From sequence record PV683292.1: a stretch of DNA of 64,000 nucleotides. The stretch is one strand, 5' to 3'. The position numbers were made by a program, and so were the translations under genes. This stretch comes from Klebsiella phage HMGUkp2. Within the stretch, counting starts at the first letter, position 1. Every line of letters starts with the position of its first letter. Below the pieces are notes generated by a model. The model made no database searches. It was not told the DNA's origin and saw only the letters and a program-made list of their open reading frames with translations. Of this stretch, positions 19,094 to 29,482 are shown piece by piece.

Positions 19094-21238
19094 ATGTCTG
19101 AACAACTTAACGAAGTTTTCGACTCTGATAGTGATAAGAACTATCCTGTCGTGAACTTGAATTTGAAATCTAAAGTACCGCAGATCTGGGCTATTAAAGT
19201 ACCTGGAAATGAAAACTTAGTAGCTAGAATGGTATCATACCAATCTGAAGGCGATGCTATTAAACAGGTTAAAATGGGTGACAAATATGCCCATTTAATT
19301 TTAATGTCTCTTAGTGCTAAAGGGGCCCCAGCCGAGCTTAAAGGTGGCTTGGGTAGTAATCCAATCGGGGCAATTAATACAATTTTTGATACGGTTTATG
19401 AGCAGGTAAAACAGTTAAGAATGGATGCCGTGATGTTCCGGTTCCCGACTAAAAAGATGAAAGGTCAAGGTCCTGTTCTGCAACGTCTTATTGCCCGTCT
19501 GTGTATGTCCCGCACTGGTGGTAAATTTAAAGTCCTGGATGCTCTCTATAACTTTACCGGTAAACATACATATATTCTTATCTACCGTAAAAATAAACCC
19601 TTAGAGGACATCTCTGGGATTCCTGGCATCAATACTGAGCTATATACTAAAGTTGATTCTGCTGTAGGTGATGTATGGGTATCCAAGAAAGACGGTATTC
19701 AAGTCACTAAAGATGAAGCTATCGCCGGCTCTATTGCCGAGGTAGAGAAAACTCGTACAGATATCGCTGTTATTCGTCGTACTAAAATTTCTCGTCGGCA
19801 AGTTGCAGCTAGCCAGGCTCTTTCTACTGATGTGGTTATGGACCCTTCTAAGTTTGAAGAATATGAAGCTTCTGCTATAGAATTCATTAAGCCTAGTACT
19901 GCCCAGGAAATTCCTGAAGCAGCCCAAATATTAGACTCTGTCAGTTCTAAAGCTTCTAGGGCCCAATCCGCCAAATTAGCGGCATCTGGTGCAGCTTTCC
20001 AATTAAGCTCTTTAATTACTATTAAACTAAGCGAAAGAGATCAGTTTGAAGAGTATTTCTCTAAAGAGCTTATTAAAAGAATAGGCAATGCCCCGTTAAC
20101 TTCTGTTAAGAGCATGCAGGCTTATGCTCAGACTCTTTTAGATGCTTTAGCTGAACGTGAATACGAGGCTATGGAGCACATTATGACTCGTACTCCAGAA
20201 TACCTGGAACAGTCTGAACGCGAAGCTATGGCCAGAAATCTTTGGAACATTGAACGGACCAAACTAATCAAAGCAGCTCTCCAAGGGTATGCCAAAAATG
20301 TTTCTTCAGGAATTGAGTTAATTACAATGACTCGCAGTCCTGCTCAGTATACTCCTGCAGAAAAGCGTGGAATTAGAGAATACGTAGGTTCTGGGTACAC
20401 TGATATCAATAATATGCTTCTTGGAAGATATACAGAAGACAACTATGATACATTAAGCGCTAAAGAAGTTACAACGGCTATTAAAAATCTTGATGATGCA
20501 TTTAAGAAAGGTGACCGTTTACCAGAAGGACTTACTTTATGGCGCTCTCAGACTGTCCGTCAGCCTATTTTTGAATCTCTTGTTAAAAATAGGGTATTTT
20601 ATTTCCGAAACTACGTTTCGACGTCTTTGATGCCTATTATTTTTGGTGGTTGGAAAGGTAATCAATCTGTAGCAATGACTTCAGATAATACTAGGGCTGT
20701 TTTAAACACTCCCGGCAATAGTGCAGAAACAGTTAAACCAGCCAGTTGGCTTAACGCCGAGGTAGATACTAATGGTGAAAGTGAGGTTGTCGATAACCGT
20801 AAGCAGGCCGAACTTAATAAAGTTATGATCGGTTGGGCTATTGAAGGTGGCCATAAAACCAACGTCGTTTATCCAGGCGACTTAAGTAATATGTCCGGTG
20901 AAATGGAAGTTATCTTGCCGCGAGGGACTATGCTTCAAATTAATAAGATTGTAGATGCATCTTATTCTGACGGCATAGTACATGATAACCAAAAATTCAT
21001 TCAGGCCGAGGTTATGACTTCAGACCAAATTGAAGAATCTATGGTTGTTTATGACGGCGATGTTCTGGTAGAATCTGGTGAACTGGTTCCGGTAGGCTCT
21101 GGTACTATCGTTACTGTTGACGGCGAAGATACTGATATCAGTGCTTCTACGTTCTTGACTACTAAACGGGACATCCTTAGCATCTTGGCTTCGTTTATCG
21201 ATATTGAAGATACTCCGGAAAAATTTGTACAAGGCTAG
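19094..21238 (+). CDS. alt: ADP-ribosyltransferase Alt (packaged internal head protein)
   Basis: 714 aa; similarity to T4 Alt (KMGDK..H...., FYFRN.VSTSL.P, ILPRGT motifs); located after gene 30 as in T4. Confidence 0.8.
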   Translation: MSEQLNEVFDSDSDKNYPVVNLNLKSKVPQIWAIKVPGNENLVARMVSYQSEGDAIKQVKMGDKYAHLILMSLSAKGAPAELKGGLGSNPIGAINTIFDTVYEQVKQLRMDAVMFRFPTKKMKGQGPVLQRLIARLCMSRTGGKFKVLDALYNFTGKHTYILIYRKNKPLEDISGIPGINTELYTKVDSAVGDVWVSKKDGIQVTKDEAIAGSIAEVEKTRTDIAVIRRTKISRRQVAASQALSTDVVMDPSKFEEYEASAIEFIKPSTAQEIPEAAQILDSVSSKASRAQSAKLAASGAAFQLSSLITIKLSERDQFEEYFSKELIKRIGNAPLTSVKSMQAYAQTLLDALAEREYEAMEHIMTRTPEYLEQSEREAMARNLWNIERTKLIKAALQGYAKNVSSGIELITMTRSPAQYTPAEKRGIREYVGSGYTDINNMLLGRYTEDNYDTLSAKEVTTAIKNLDDAFKKGDRLPEGLTLWRSQTVRQPIFESLVKNRVFYFRNYVSTSLMPIIFGGWKGNQSVAMTSDNTRAVLNTPGNSAETVKPASWLNAEVDTNGESEVVDNRKQAELNKVMIGWAIEGGHKTNVVYPGDLSNMSGEMEVILPRGTMLQINKIVDASYSDGIVHDNQKFIQAEVMTSDQIEESMVVYDGDVLVESGELVPVGSGTIVTVDGEDTDISASTFLTTKRDILSILASFIDIEDTPEKFVQG

Positions 21239-21285
21239 TTTACAACACCACATGGATGTGGTATAGTCTGTATTACACAAACAAA
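21237..21285 (+). promoter_or_regulatory. T4-type early promoter GTTTAC-N18-TATAGT with inverted repeat CCACAT/ATGTGG and conserved ACAAACAAATGAGGA leader
   Basis: seen in sequence. Confidence 0.6.
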
Positions 21286-21298
21286 TGAGGAAATCAAA

Positions 21299-21586
21299 AT
21301 GCGTTCATTCATCCGTTTAAATGGTATCGAAGCTTCTATCGATGACGTTATCCCTGCTTCAGAGCAGTTCAATGAAGTTGTAGTAAAAGAGTTGCAGAAA
21401 GTCTATGGCGATAAATTCTTTGCTTTCGCCCCGATGCAAAACTTTACCAATCCGGACCAAACAGATACTATCTTTGCTGGTATTATATCTGGTCAGCTTG
21501 AATCTGAAGCTCCGGTTCAGATTCAGGTTGCTGATGAAACTGGCTTAATCGCCACTTCTACCGCGTTTTTTGGTTTCCGTAAATAA
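21299..21586 (+). CDS. hypothetical protein
   Basis: 95-aa ORF downstream of early promoter 21237, followed by bidirectional terminator 21597-21614. Confidence 0.45.
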   Translation: MRSFIRLNGIEASIDDVIPASEQFNEVVVKELQKVYGDKFFAFAPMQNFTNPDQTDTIFAGIISGQLESEAPVQIQVADETGLIATSTAFFGFRK

Positions 21587-21596
21587 ACCCCCTAAG

Positions 21597-21621
21597 GGAG
21601 CCGTGAGGCTCCCTTTTTTAG
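21597..21621. terminator. bidirectional terminator GGGAGCCGUGAGGCUCCC + UUUUUUA between convergent ORF 21299-21586 and gene 54
   Basis: 7-bp GC-rich stem, GUGA loop, U run on + strand and A run on the other side. Confidence 0.75.
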
Positions 21622-22535
21622 GTTAAAATCTTACTAAGTCCATTCCCAACACCTGCAACACGGCTTAATCTACTTGAAATACTACCTAAACCTTGGGCAC
21701 TTAGATTTGGGTTAATAGTATCAATCTTCTGAACAGTCTTATCTTCTAACCAATCCAATGCCGCTTGTTTACCTACAGCACCGATCTGTGCAACTCTGTA
21801 AGCGAAGGTGACTTCGAACGTAGCTATCTGATTATTATCTTCATAGCTAAATTGAGGTGCACTGACGCCCACAGGGATGCATCCTGTGTACATACACACT
21901 GTATGCGGTAGTCCATTTCGGGCATGCAAGTTAACTTGGATATCCGCTTCAACATCAGAAGGCAGGGCTCTTAATCCTGTTACAGGATCTTCAACGGCGT
22001 TTACCCAATCTTGCATAGCACGGAAATTACTGGCCTCTGAATCCATACGGAATGTTATAACTAACGGAGCATATTCCCGACCAGTGATTTTGATGTTAGG
22101 ACTGTTATGGAAGGTGTCCATTTCATGGGCTAATCTATTTTCAGGAATCTGAACAGAATGGATCAATAATCCTGTAGTAGGGAAAGCCATATTAAAGAAG
22201 TCAAGCAGATAGGTCCCTACGGTGAATTCCCCTAATAACGATTGGATGGTGCGTTGAGTCATGGCTCCTATCAAAAATTTACTCACGCCTGATTTTCTAA
22301 CCAAGCGCTGCGTCCCGGCAGTAATAAGAGATGTAACACCTCTCGTAAATTCACCTTGGGTTAATCCGAGCCAGTTATCATTAAGACCCACGTTATTATA
22401 AAGTTCCCCACCAAATTCATTTAGTAGAGTCTGAGTTTTACTCGATGGCGCCGTAGCAAAAATAACAGAGAACATGTTAGTTCTCTGAAAATCACTATTA
22501 GCAGCCTGTGTCACGAATTCATCTAAAGTATACAT
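21618..22535 (-). CDS. 54: baseplate tail tube initiator
   Basis: 305 aa; N-terminus MYTLDEF..QA...DFQR.NMFS..FAT.PS matches T4 gp54. Confidence 0.85.
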   Translation of the reverse strand: MYTLDEFVTQAANSDFQRTNMFSVIFATAPSSKTQTLLNEFGGELYNNVGLNDNWLGLTQGEFTRGVTSLITAGTQRLVRKSGVSKFLIGAMTQRTIQSLLGEFTVGTYLLDFFNMAFPTTGLLIHSVQIPENRLAHEMDTFHNSPNIKITGREYAPLVITFRMDSEASNFRAMQDWVNAVEDPVTGLRALPSDVEADIQVNLHARNGLPHTVCMYTGCIPVGVSAPQFSYEDNNQIATFEVTFAYRVAQIGAVGKQAALDWLEDKTVQKIDTINPNLSAQGLGSISSRLSRVAGVGNGLSKILT

Positions 22536-23590
22536 TACGATTGGAATCCTTTAGAATATAGAGAACTACGGTTCAAAGTCAAGATTTCTCTCATGGTTAA
22601 TTCAAGGGTAAAAGTGCTAGGCAAGTTAGGAGCAATAGCCAGACCATTGAAGTGACCATTAGGAGTTTTATCGAACCTAAGACTTTGAATTTGGCAGGGC
22701 CCGAATATATCTTCTCTCCCGTCATAAGAACTAGTGTATCCGAAGTTACGAACCGTCCAAATAGTTGGGTTGCTTACAACAATTACATTAGTAAGGAAAG
22801 AAGTAATAGACTCAAACATAGTCCCGCTTTTAGAGGACCCTTCCGGAGTGGCGTACTCTAAAGTGCTTTTATACCATTCATCTATTTGTTCTTTAACTTC
22901 TTTAGCAAAGTCTGATGTTCCTGTGGCACCATAAGAATAATAGTTAAAGATCTCATAGATTTTAACAATTTGAATAAGGTCTTGGGGAGTTCTTGGCGTA
23001 AGATCCCAAGTAAAAACCTTAGTTCTATTTTCTGCACCGGCATACATACTGCGGGCAGTATTATAGATCTGTTCCCCTTTATCTGCCATCACTCCATGGG
23101 TTAGAGATTCCAACCCGCCGAATACAGCGGTAGAAGCCACATTACTTAAAACACCGGTAGCAGAGCCGCCGCCTCGTGTGATCAGGGATTCGCCTACATC
23201 ATTAAATTTGTGAGACACAGAATCTACATCAGATTTAGACTTAGGCAACAGGATGTTAGCTACAGGGGCTTTAGAAAGTCTCTGGGAGCCTGTGTTAGTT
23301 TTTTCTGGGGCATCAAAAACAGATGATTTACTAACGGCACTTCGGAAATCTCGTAGGTCCGGAGAAACACGAGATTTAAAATCGTATGCAGTAAACAAAA
23401 GCCCGTTCTGATACAAATCATGAACTCTCATGTCTTGACTTGAATCGTTCCCGGCAGAACGTTCTGCCGGGTATTGAGCTGTCACGGTGCTGGCAGCATT
23501 TTTTAAAGTGTGCTTAGATGTACCTTGAGAAATCTTAGAACCGGATTTCTTAATATTCTCTAGCCCATCTTTTAATTCTTCGAAAAACAT
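22535..23590 (-). CDS. 48: baseplate tail-tube cap/junction protein
   Basis: 351 aa (T4 gp48 364 aa); synteny 29-48-54. Confidence 0.6.
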   Translation of the reverse strand: MFFEELKDGLENIKKSGSKISQGTSKHTLKNAASTVTAQYPAERSAGNDSSQDMRVHDLYQNGLLFTAYDFKSRVSPDLRDFRSAVSKSSVFDAPEKTNTGSQRLSKAPVANILLPKSKSDVDSVSHKFNDVGESLITRGGGSATGVLSNVASTAVFGGLESLTHGVMADKGEQIYNTARSMYAGAENRTKVFTWDLTPRTPQDLIQIVKIYEIFNYYSYGATGTSDFAKEVKEQIDEWYKSTLEYATPEGSSKSGTMFESITSFLTNVIVVSNPTIWTVRNFGYTSSYDGREDIFGPCQIQSLRFDKTPNGHFNGLAIAPNLPSTFTLELTMREILTLNRSSLYSKGFQS

Positions 23591-23599
23591 AAAGAATCC

Positions 23600-25300
23600 T
23601 TAATTAGACTTTGTAAATCCGACCATACCTGGAGCTGGAGAACTAGTAACCGGCTGCATAGGCATAACAGTAGTGTTATTTTTGTTAATGGCTGTGTTAA
23701 CATTCACAGAAGCTTGAGAAGCTAGTTTATCACCAACTTTATGTTGGGCTTCGATTTTCTCAATAACCTTAACTTGCTGGGATTCTTGCTTGTCTTCTGC
23801 CGGTTCTGGACTAACAGCCGGGAATCGTTTTTTGTTCCACTCATCCTGCATAAAGCGATACTGAGGCTCTAGTTCTTTAGCTAGACTAGGATTATTCTTC
23901 TTGAACTCTTCAAAGTTCTTAGAAGCTTTAGCAACAGCGTTAGCGGCAGACTCCATACGCTCGGTATTTTCAGGTCGAGTGTTCTGGGCATATTCAGAAG
24001 TTCTTTTTAATTCAGCCTGCATTTTGCCTTGGGCTTTATACATTTCTAAGCGCTGTTCACGGGTTTTACCTTCAAAGGCCGGGTCTTTAGTATCAGAATC
24101 AGCTAATTTCATACGTTTTTCGTATTCAGCATCATCAATCTTACCAAGTAAATATCTATCGCCCCAAGCAGTAATTTTACGTTCCAACGGAGAATCCTGC
24201 TCTTCTTTCAAGCGCTGATTATCTTTATATTTAGCTACGTAATCTTGGTCTTCTTCAGAAAGTTCGGCCCCGGTACGATACTGGAAACGATCTGCAGCTG
24301 CACCGCGAATATTATCAGCGGCATCGCCCATACCAGGAACTTTACTAAGAACAGCAGCAACCAATTTAGAAAGACCAAACATAATTGTTTCGCCTAAAGT
24401 ATCTAAAACGCCGACAAGACCTTTAACAATAGCTTCAGCTAATCCTAACCAAGAACCTTCATTAAAAGTATCTTGAATGCTTTGAGCCATTTCACTTATA
24501 GCTGTTAACACAGGTGCCCAAGTCCCGGCCAGTTTAGTGAACTCTTCAAAGTTTGATTTGAACAACTCAGTCCAGTATTTGAAATGGATTTTGATAATAT
24601 CAATAGCCATAATCAAAGCTAAAACCATAGCGGCTGTTTTGGCCATATTAGCAACAGCTGTCACAGTATAGCTAAAAAGCATACTGGAAATTCTGTCAGT
24701 TAACGAAATTGATTTCTTAAACCCGGATTTAGTGGTATCTAAAAGGGCTTTAAGAAGGTCTGTATCACCCTTCTTGTTCTTTTCCTCATCTTCCTTTTTT
24801 GGAATTACTTTAGGTTCTTCCTGTGGTAATACATCAGAATCTGGGCGTCTGTTTTCATGCGGTGGAATAAGGTCTTGAAGAAGATCGTCTAACGATGGAA
24901 TCTCCGGAACCGGCTCAGGAATAGAATCCTGTACAACCTCGACAGACGGAACATTTGCTGTCTGCGGAGTTGCTTGTTCGACTTTTACTCCTAGTTTTTC
25001 AGCCAATTTATTGATTCTGTCACTTATTAAAGAGGCTGTGGTATTAAGAGCACTTAATTCATCTAACTGAAGTTCGATGCCAGCATTAGTATCGGATAAA
25101 GAATTTCCTACATTAGCAAGACCATTCTCTGTAGCTTCGGCACCCATTTCAGCAGCAGCTTGGATCCCTTCAAGGGTTCCATTAATAGTGCCTAGCGAAT
25201 TGTTTTGTTCTTCTTGTAGTGCTTCGTTACGTTTTTGTGGGGCTGCGTCGGCGATTACCCGACGCAGAGATTGTGTTTTACTGTTTACTTTTCTAGCCAT
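23600..25300 (-). CDS. 29: baseplate hub subunit / tail length determinator (tape measure)
   Basis: 566 aa (T4 gp29 590 aa); hydrophobic central segment and coiled-coil regions; synteny. Confidence 0.65.
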   Translation of the reverse strand: MARKVNSKTQSLRRVIADAAPQKRNEALQEEQNNSLGTINGTLEGIQAAAEMGAEATENGLANVGNSLSDTNAGIELQLDELSALNTTASLISDRINKLAEKLGVKVEQATPQTANVPSVEVVQDSIPEPVPEIPSLDDLLQDLIPPHENRRPDSDVLPQEEPKVIPKKEDEEKNKKGDTDLLKALLDTTKSGFKKSISLTDRISSMLFSYTVTAVANMAKTAAMVLALIMAIDIIKIHFKYWTELFKSNFEEFTKLAGTWAPVLTAISEMAQSIQDTFNEGSWLGLAEAIVKGLVGVLDTLGETIMFGLSKLVAAVLSKVPGMGDAADNIRGAAADRFQYRTGAELSEEDQDYVAKYKDNQRLKEEQDSPLERKITAWGDRYLLGKIDDAEYEKRMKLADSDTKDPAFEGKTREQRLEMYKAQGKMQAELKRTSEYAQNTRPENTERMESAANAVAKASKNFEEFKKNNPSLAKELEPQYRFMQDEWNKKRFPAVSPEPAEDKQESQQVKVIEKIEAQHKVGDKLASQASVNVNTAINKNNTTVMPMQPVTSSPAPGMVGFTKSN

Positions 25301-25827
25301 TATTCAAAGAGCCTTATTATATTGCCAATTCCTTTTATAGGGCCATTAGGGCCAGGAATAGCTACAGTGTTAACGATACCGTCAACCCATTTAATTACGA
25401 ATGCTGGAAGCTTCATAAAATCAGGCTTCTCTGTTCTGCCGTCTACAGAAGAAAAATACTTGTCAAGAATTGCGTCGGCCGAGCCGAATTTACTAAACCT
25501 TTCGGGGGCATTAAATTTATATTCTTGACCGTTTAAACGGTGTGTTAATATACGGCATCCGTACACATCTGATAAGCGATAAGTGAATCCGTCCTTTTCA
25601 ACTTCTTCTTTAATCTTACCGTTAAAGGCCAAAAGTTGTAATAGAACAATATCGCTTTGTACAGCATCTAGACCTGGTTTAATAGAATCTAAAAGAATTG
25701 CCAGATTTTCGTCCGGCATTTTTACTTCTTTCATTAAGTTGTGGTGCTTAAGTCCAAGCTTAGGTAATGAAATTTCAATACCATCAATTGTAATTTTCTT
25801 AATAGGCAGAATCACGTTTAAGTTCAT
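25300..25827 (-). CDS. 28: baseplate hub distal subunit
   Basis: 175 aa (T4 gp28 177 aa); synteny between 27 and 29. Confidence 0.6.
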   Translation of the reverse strand: MNLNVILPIKKITIDGIEISLPKLGLKHHNLMKEVKMPDENLAILLDSIKPGLDAVQSDIVLLQLLAFNGKIKEEVEKDGFTYRLSDVYGCRILTHRLNGQEYKFNAPERFSKFGSADAILDKYFSSVDGRTEKPDFMKLPAFVIKWVDGIVNTVAIPGPNGPIKGIGNIIRLFE

Positions 25828-26941
25828 TTTTTACCTTCGCTATTTGAACTGGTTCAATAGTAGAACCGTTAGTAAACATATAGATGTTGGTGATTGAATG
25901 GTTATTACTGATTTCATGGATAACTTCATCAACATAAAAATCAGTACGGAACTGTTCTTTAGGATCGTAGAAGTTTAACTTCATTCCAGGAGTCACTTCA
26001 AAGTTACCGTATATTTTAGCAGACGCGTAGCCATCGTACTGAGACATAGTAACGATGCGGTTAGCTTCTTCGTAACCATTACGATAAATCATTTCTGAAT
26101 AACCGCCGCTTCTATTAATATAGATACTATTAGAACCTTCACCTACAGTTATTTTTGTGATTTCTTTATCTGTAAAACTTTGGGCATAGAATGTAGCGTC
26201 TTTGAACGGGTTTCTAGTATAAGCGTTAGCTTTTACGAGCCATTCAAAATCCCAAGCTAAAGATACCGGCAACTGGTCTGCGAATTGCCCGATAGTCTGA
26301 GGCGCGCCGACAACAAAAGATGCCGCGTTCTGGGCAATCATCGCATTATAGTCCATCATGTTTATACCGGTTATGTCTTCCCAAGCAAAAACAAACTGGT
26401 CACTTTCTACAGATAGACCTACATCTCGGATATATTGCATGAAGTCCTTTATATTAGAAGTCCAAGGAATCCTAGGAACATATGTGTTTATTCCGTTTAT
26501 AGGCGGAGCCAGCTTAGGATATTTTTGGTAAATCACGCCTATCATTTCAACCAGGGTTTCATAAGCTGAACTGAAGAAGCAACGGCTGAACTTCAAATTC
26601 ATTATATCATGGAGCGTACTAAGCTGGATAGCTATAATATTATCGCCCTTATCATCGACTCGAACTGTGAAATGTTTTATTCCATAGATTCGTGTTTGTG
26701 TTCTCGATGTATTGCTATTAGAAACAGAGATCTGAATAATTTGGTCTCCGTTCATCTTGTTGTGAATATTTTTAGAATCATAGAACTGAAGCATACCTTC
26801 ATTAATACCAGACAAACTATCTCTCATGGTCAAGGTGGTAAATGTGGCGCCGAGTTCAACGAAGCTATTATCAAGCCACTTATCATAGTTTTGATAAAGC
26901 TTAATACTAACATTTGGAAATCCGGGGCGTTGTGAAATCAT
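25799..26941 (-). CDS. 27: baseplate hub subunit
   Basis: 380 aa; N-terminus M.SQRPG.PN.S.KL...[33 protein letters not shown] matches T4 gp27. Confidence 0.9.
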   Translation of the reverse strand: MISQRPGFPNVSIKLYQNYDKWLDNSFVELGATFTTLTMRDSLSGINEGMLQFYDSKNIHNKMNGDQIIQISVSNSNTSRTQTRIYGIKHFTVRVDDKGDNIIAIQLSTLHDIMNLKFSRCFFSSAYETLVEMIGVIYQKYPKLAPPINGINTYVPRIPWTSNIKDFMQYIRDVGLSVESDQFVFAWEDITGINMMDYNAMIAQNAASFVVGAPQTIGQFADQLPVSLAWDFEWLVKANAYTRNPFKDATFYAQSFTDKEITKITVGEGSNSIYINRSGGYSEMIYRNGYEEANRIVTMSQYDGYASAKIYGNFEVTPGMKLNFYDPKEQFRTDFYVDEVIHEISNNHSITNIYMFTNGSTIEPVQIAKVKNELKRDSAY

Positions 26942-27696
26942 TTTTGTGCTAGGTCCTTTTCAATCAGAGATAACGTGATGCTTCGCTCGATAGGAATCAT
27001 ATTCATAACAGAAGAAAGGTCGTAGCCTTGTTTAACTATCAAGTGATTGATTTTATAAAATGTAAATACTTCGTCTGGGTTCAGAAGAAGCTTAAAGATA
27101 TCCATAAAATTAGTGTAATGGATCTCATGAGAATCGCAGCACGAGTATTTTAGTACAAAGTCAAATATGTTCAATTTTTTGATTATAAGTTCTAAGGTTT
27201 CTATATCAATAGCTTCAACAACTTGAACTTTGTTTTCTGTAGACAGCTCAGACCACTGATAGACCCCATTAGAATCTTCTACTGTCAAAATGTTTTCTGT
27301 TACTAGCCCAGCTATGTTTTCTTTATAGTTTTTAGATGGGTGCTTAAATTTAAGTCGAAGCCCGGACACTTCGACTACAGGAAGCTCAACTGCTTCTTGG
27401 TGGAAATTAATCAGCACCATTTTAGCTTTTCCACATTTAGGGCATTCAACCTTAACCGGGATTTTAGTCTTACCTATGCTAGATAAATAGACTTTTAAGA
27501 ACACAAATGCCCTGTATTCTTTAGGGATATCACTGAAGTAGTCGTTTTGGAGTTCTTCAATAAGTTTTTCTTGATCTTCTGGAGACTTAGTGTTCATGTC
27601 GTTCCGTACCAGAAGAAAATCTCTATAATCAGAGACTGTGAACGGAGAGAATCGATGAACACCGTCTGGTAATTCACATCTTACGATATTAGCCAT
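26938..27696 (-). CDS. 51: baseplate hub assembly catalyst
   Basis: Start set at ATG (MANIV...) 27696 with gagga SD, giving 252 aa (T4 gp51 249 aa); ORF-track start 27753 is a TTG; late promoter 27719-27726 upstream. Confidence 0.6.
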   Translation of the reverse strand: MANIVRCELPDGVHRFSPFTVSDYRDFLLVRNDMNTKSPEDQEKLIEELQNDYFSDIPKEYRAFVFLKVYLSSIGKTKIPVKVECPKCGKAKMVLINFHQEAVELPVVEVSGLRLKFKHPSKNYKENIAGLVTENILTVEDSNGVYQWSELSTENKVQVVEAIDIETLELIIKKLNIFDFVLKYSCCDSHEIHYTNFMDIFKLLLNPDEVFTFYKINHLIVKQGYDLSSVMNMIPIERSITLSLIEKDLAQK

Positions 27697-27718
27697 AAGG
27701 AGTCCTCTTATTTTATTG

Positions 27719-27730
27719 TATTTATAAATA
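27719..27730. promoter_or_regulatory. overlapping divergent late promoters (TATTTATAAATA): TATAAATA on + for gene 26, and on - for gene 51
   Basis: exact motifs, 16 nt and 22 nt from respective start codons. Confidence 0.6.
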
Positions 27731-27746
27731 CGTCTAGAGGTAATAT

Positions 27747-28373
27747 ATGACAACTTATAATTTTGACCTAACTATAAATGGCAAAAATATTTCTTGCCGA
27801 GCGTTTACACTAGAAGAATATTTGAATCTTATAAAAGCTAAAGCTGATAAGGTTCTTGATAAAACGATTAAGCAGCTGATTAAAGATTGTACTAATGCTA
27901 AAGGCTTAAATAAACATGAATCTGAACTTCTTCTAGTTAATCTGTGGGCCCATTCATTAGGTGAAGTTAATCATACAGCCACCTGGGTGTGCGAGTGTGG
28001 CAACGAAATCGACGTGCCAATTAATACTAACCGTATTCAAATCGTGGGCTCTAGCGATCTCTTATATTCCCTAGGCGAACTTCGTATCCAGTTCAAATAC
28101 CCTGAATTATTTGATGATAATGATATCGCTTTAATGATAGCTAAGTCTATCGATTACATTATTGTTAACGGTGAGCAGATCTTTGTTGATGATTTATCTG
28201 ACCAAGAGATAGATGACCTTTATTCTGCTATAACTACCGAAGATGTGCTGAAAATAAAAGATATGCTACTGAAGCCACAGATACAGCTGGCAGTTCCTAT
28301 TTCTTGCAAGTGTGGGAAGAATCATGTACACCAAATTACCGGACTCAAAGAGTTCTTTAAGGTTATCCAATGA
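27747..28373 (+). CDS. 26: baseplate hub subunit
   Basis: 208 aa (T4 gp26 208 aa); divergent from 51 as in T4; late promoter TATAAATA 27723-27730 and AGAGG SD. Confidence 0.7.
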   Translation: MTTYNFDLTINGKNISCRAFTLEEYLNLIKAKADKVLDKTIKQLIKDCTNAKGLNKHESELLLVNLWAHSLGEVNHTATWVCECGNEIDVPINTNRIQIVGSSDLLYSLGELRIQFKYPELFDDNDIALMIAKSIDYIIVNGEQIFVDDLSDQEIDDLYSAITTEDVLKIKDMLLKPQIQLAVPISCKCGKNHVHQITGLKEFFKVIQ

Positions 28374-28762
28374 ATATAGACAACATGTATTCGGACTTAG
28401 ACCCGGACCTTAGAATGGCCTGGGATAAAGACGTTGCAAGAACTGTAGGCGCAAGAGCAGTAAAAAATAGCATCTTAGGGATTATCACTACAAGAAAGGG
28501 CAGTCGCCCTTTCAATCCAGACTTTGGGTGTAGCCTTTCGGATGAGTTGTTCGAAAATATGACTCCGTTAACTGCTGATACTATCCAGCGTAATATTGTA
28601 TCAGCCATTCAAACCTACGAGCCGCGGGTAGAACGTCTACGTGTTGAGGTCTTGGCCTTATACGATGATAACGCTGTAGTCGTTACAGTGATGTTTTCTA
28701 TCGTCGACGACCCGGATGTCTTAGAACGCATCAAGATCAAATTACGTGCTTCTCGTCAATAG
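28370..28762 (+). CDS. 25: baseplate wedge protein gp25 (gpW/lysozyme-like fold)
   Basis: 130 aa; IITTRKGSRPF.P.FGC.LSD.LFENMTPLTADT matches T4 gp25. Confidence 0.9.
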   Translation: MNIDNMYSDLDPDLRMAWDKDVARTVGARAVKNSILGIITTRKGSRPFNPDFGCSLSDELFENMTPLTADTIQRNIVSAIQTYEPRVERLRVEVLALYDDNAVVVTVMFSIVDDPDVLERIKIKLRASRQ

Positions 28763-28772
28763 TGTGTATAAT
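28742..28772 (+). promoter_or_regulatory. middle promoter candidate upstream of uvsY (TGCTTCT box, 13-nt spacer, extended -10 TGTGTATAAT); corresponds to oriF position in T4
   Basis: seen in sequence plus T4 knowledge (oriF lies at uvsY middle promoter). Confidence 0.45.
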
Positions 28773-28806
28773 GGTTTAGGTCCTTTAAATTGAGATTGGT
28801 GATTAA

Positions 28807-29226
28807 ATGAAGTTGGAAGATTTACAAGATGAATTAGACCGGGATTTAGTTATTGACCAGACAAAACTTCAGTATGAAGCTGCCAATAATCCTGTTGTCT
28901 ATGGGCGGTGGGTACGTAAGCACTCTATATGCCGTAAAGAAATGCTCCGTATTGAAGCCATGAAGAAACAAGCTATGAAGAAAAGACTTGATTACTACAC
29001 GGGACGTGTAGAGCCTGGCGAAGAAGTGTGTATGGATTCGTATGAAAAGTCTGAACTAAAAACTGTAATGGCTGCAGATGAAACCATCTTAGGAACTGAA
29101 ACCAAACTTCAGTACTGGGGTATTCTGCTTGAGTTCTGTAGTGATGCTATGGATGCTATTAAAGCTCGCGGATTCGCAATAAAAGCAATTATTGATCTTC
29201 GTAAATTCGAAGCAGGTGAAGCGTAA
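28807..29226 (+). CDS. uvsY: recombination mediator protein UvsY
   Basis: 139 aa; M.LEDLQ.EL......ID.TKLQYEAANN....Y..W..KHS...KEMLRIEA.KK.A.K.RLDYY.GR; ...KSE.KTV..AD...L...T.LQYWGILL.FCS.A.DAIK.RGFAIK matches T4 UvsY. Confidence 0.95.
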   Translation: MKLEDLQDELDRDLVIDQTKLQYEAANNPVVYGRWVRKHSICRKEMLRIEAMKKQAMKKRLDYYTGRVEPGEEVCMDSYEKSELKTVMAADETILGTETKLQYWGILLEFCSDAMDAIKARGFAIKAIIDLRKFEAGEA

Positions 29227-29256
29227 TAAATAAGTTTATTAACAGAGGAGACAACC

Positions 29257-29421
29257 ATGTCGTGTATTTGTGTCGTCTGTAAGACTCCAATCGATGATGT
29301 ATTGGTTGTTCAATCAGACAAAGGTCCGGTTCATCCCGGTCAATGCTATAATCATGCAGTTGAGATGCCAGTTACTGAGAATACAGAACAGCAACTTAAC
29401 GAAGTGCAGCTTTTAATCTAG
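29257..29421 (+). CDS. small Cys-rich protein (54 aa; CxxC...C motif, possible zinc ribbon), uvsY.-1/-2 position
   Basis: ATG 29257 preceded by gagga SD; not in ORF track (<60 aa); ends just before bidirectional terminator 29446-29472. Confidence 0.35.
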   Translation: MSCICVVCKTPIDDVLVVQSDKGPVHPGQCYNHAVEMPVTENTEQQLNEVQLLI

Positions 29422-29445
29422 TGTGTAACCTTATTGGTTATTCTT

Positions 29446-29472
29446 GGCTCTCCGTAAGGAGAGCCTTTTTTG
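29446..29472. terminator. bidirectional terminator GGCUCUCC-GUAA-GGAGAGCC + UUUUUUG between uvsY region and uvsW.1
   Basis: seen in sequence. Confidence 0.75.
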
Positions 29473-29482
29473 TATCTAGAGA

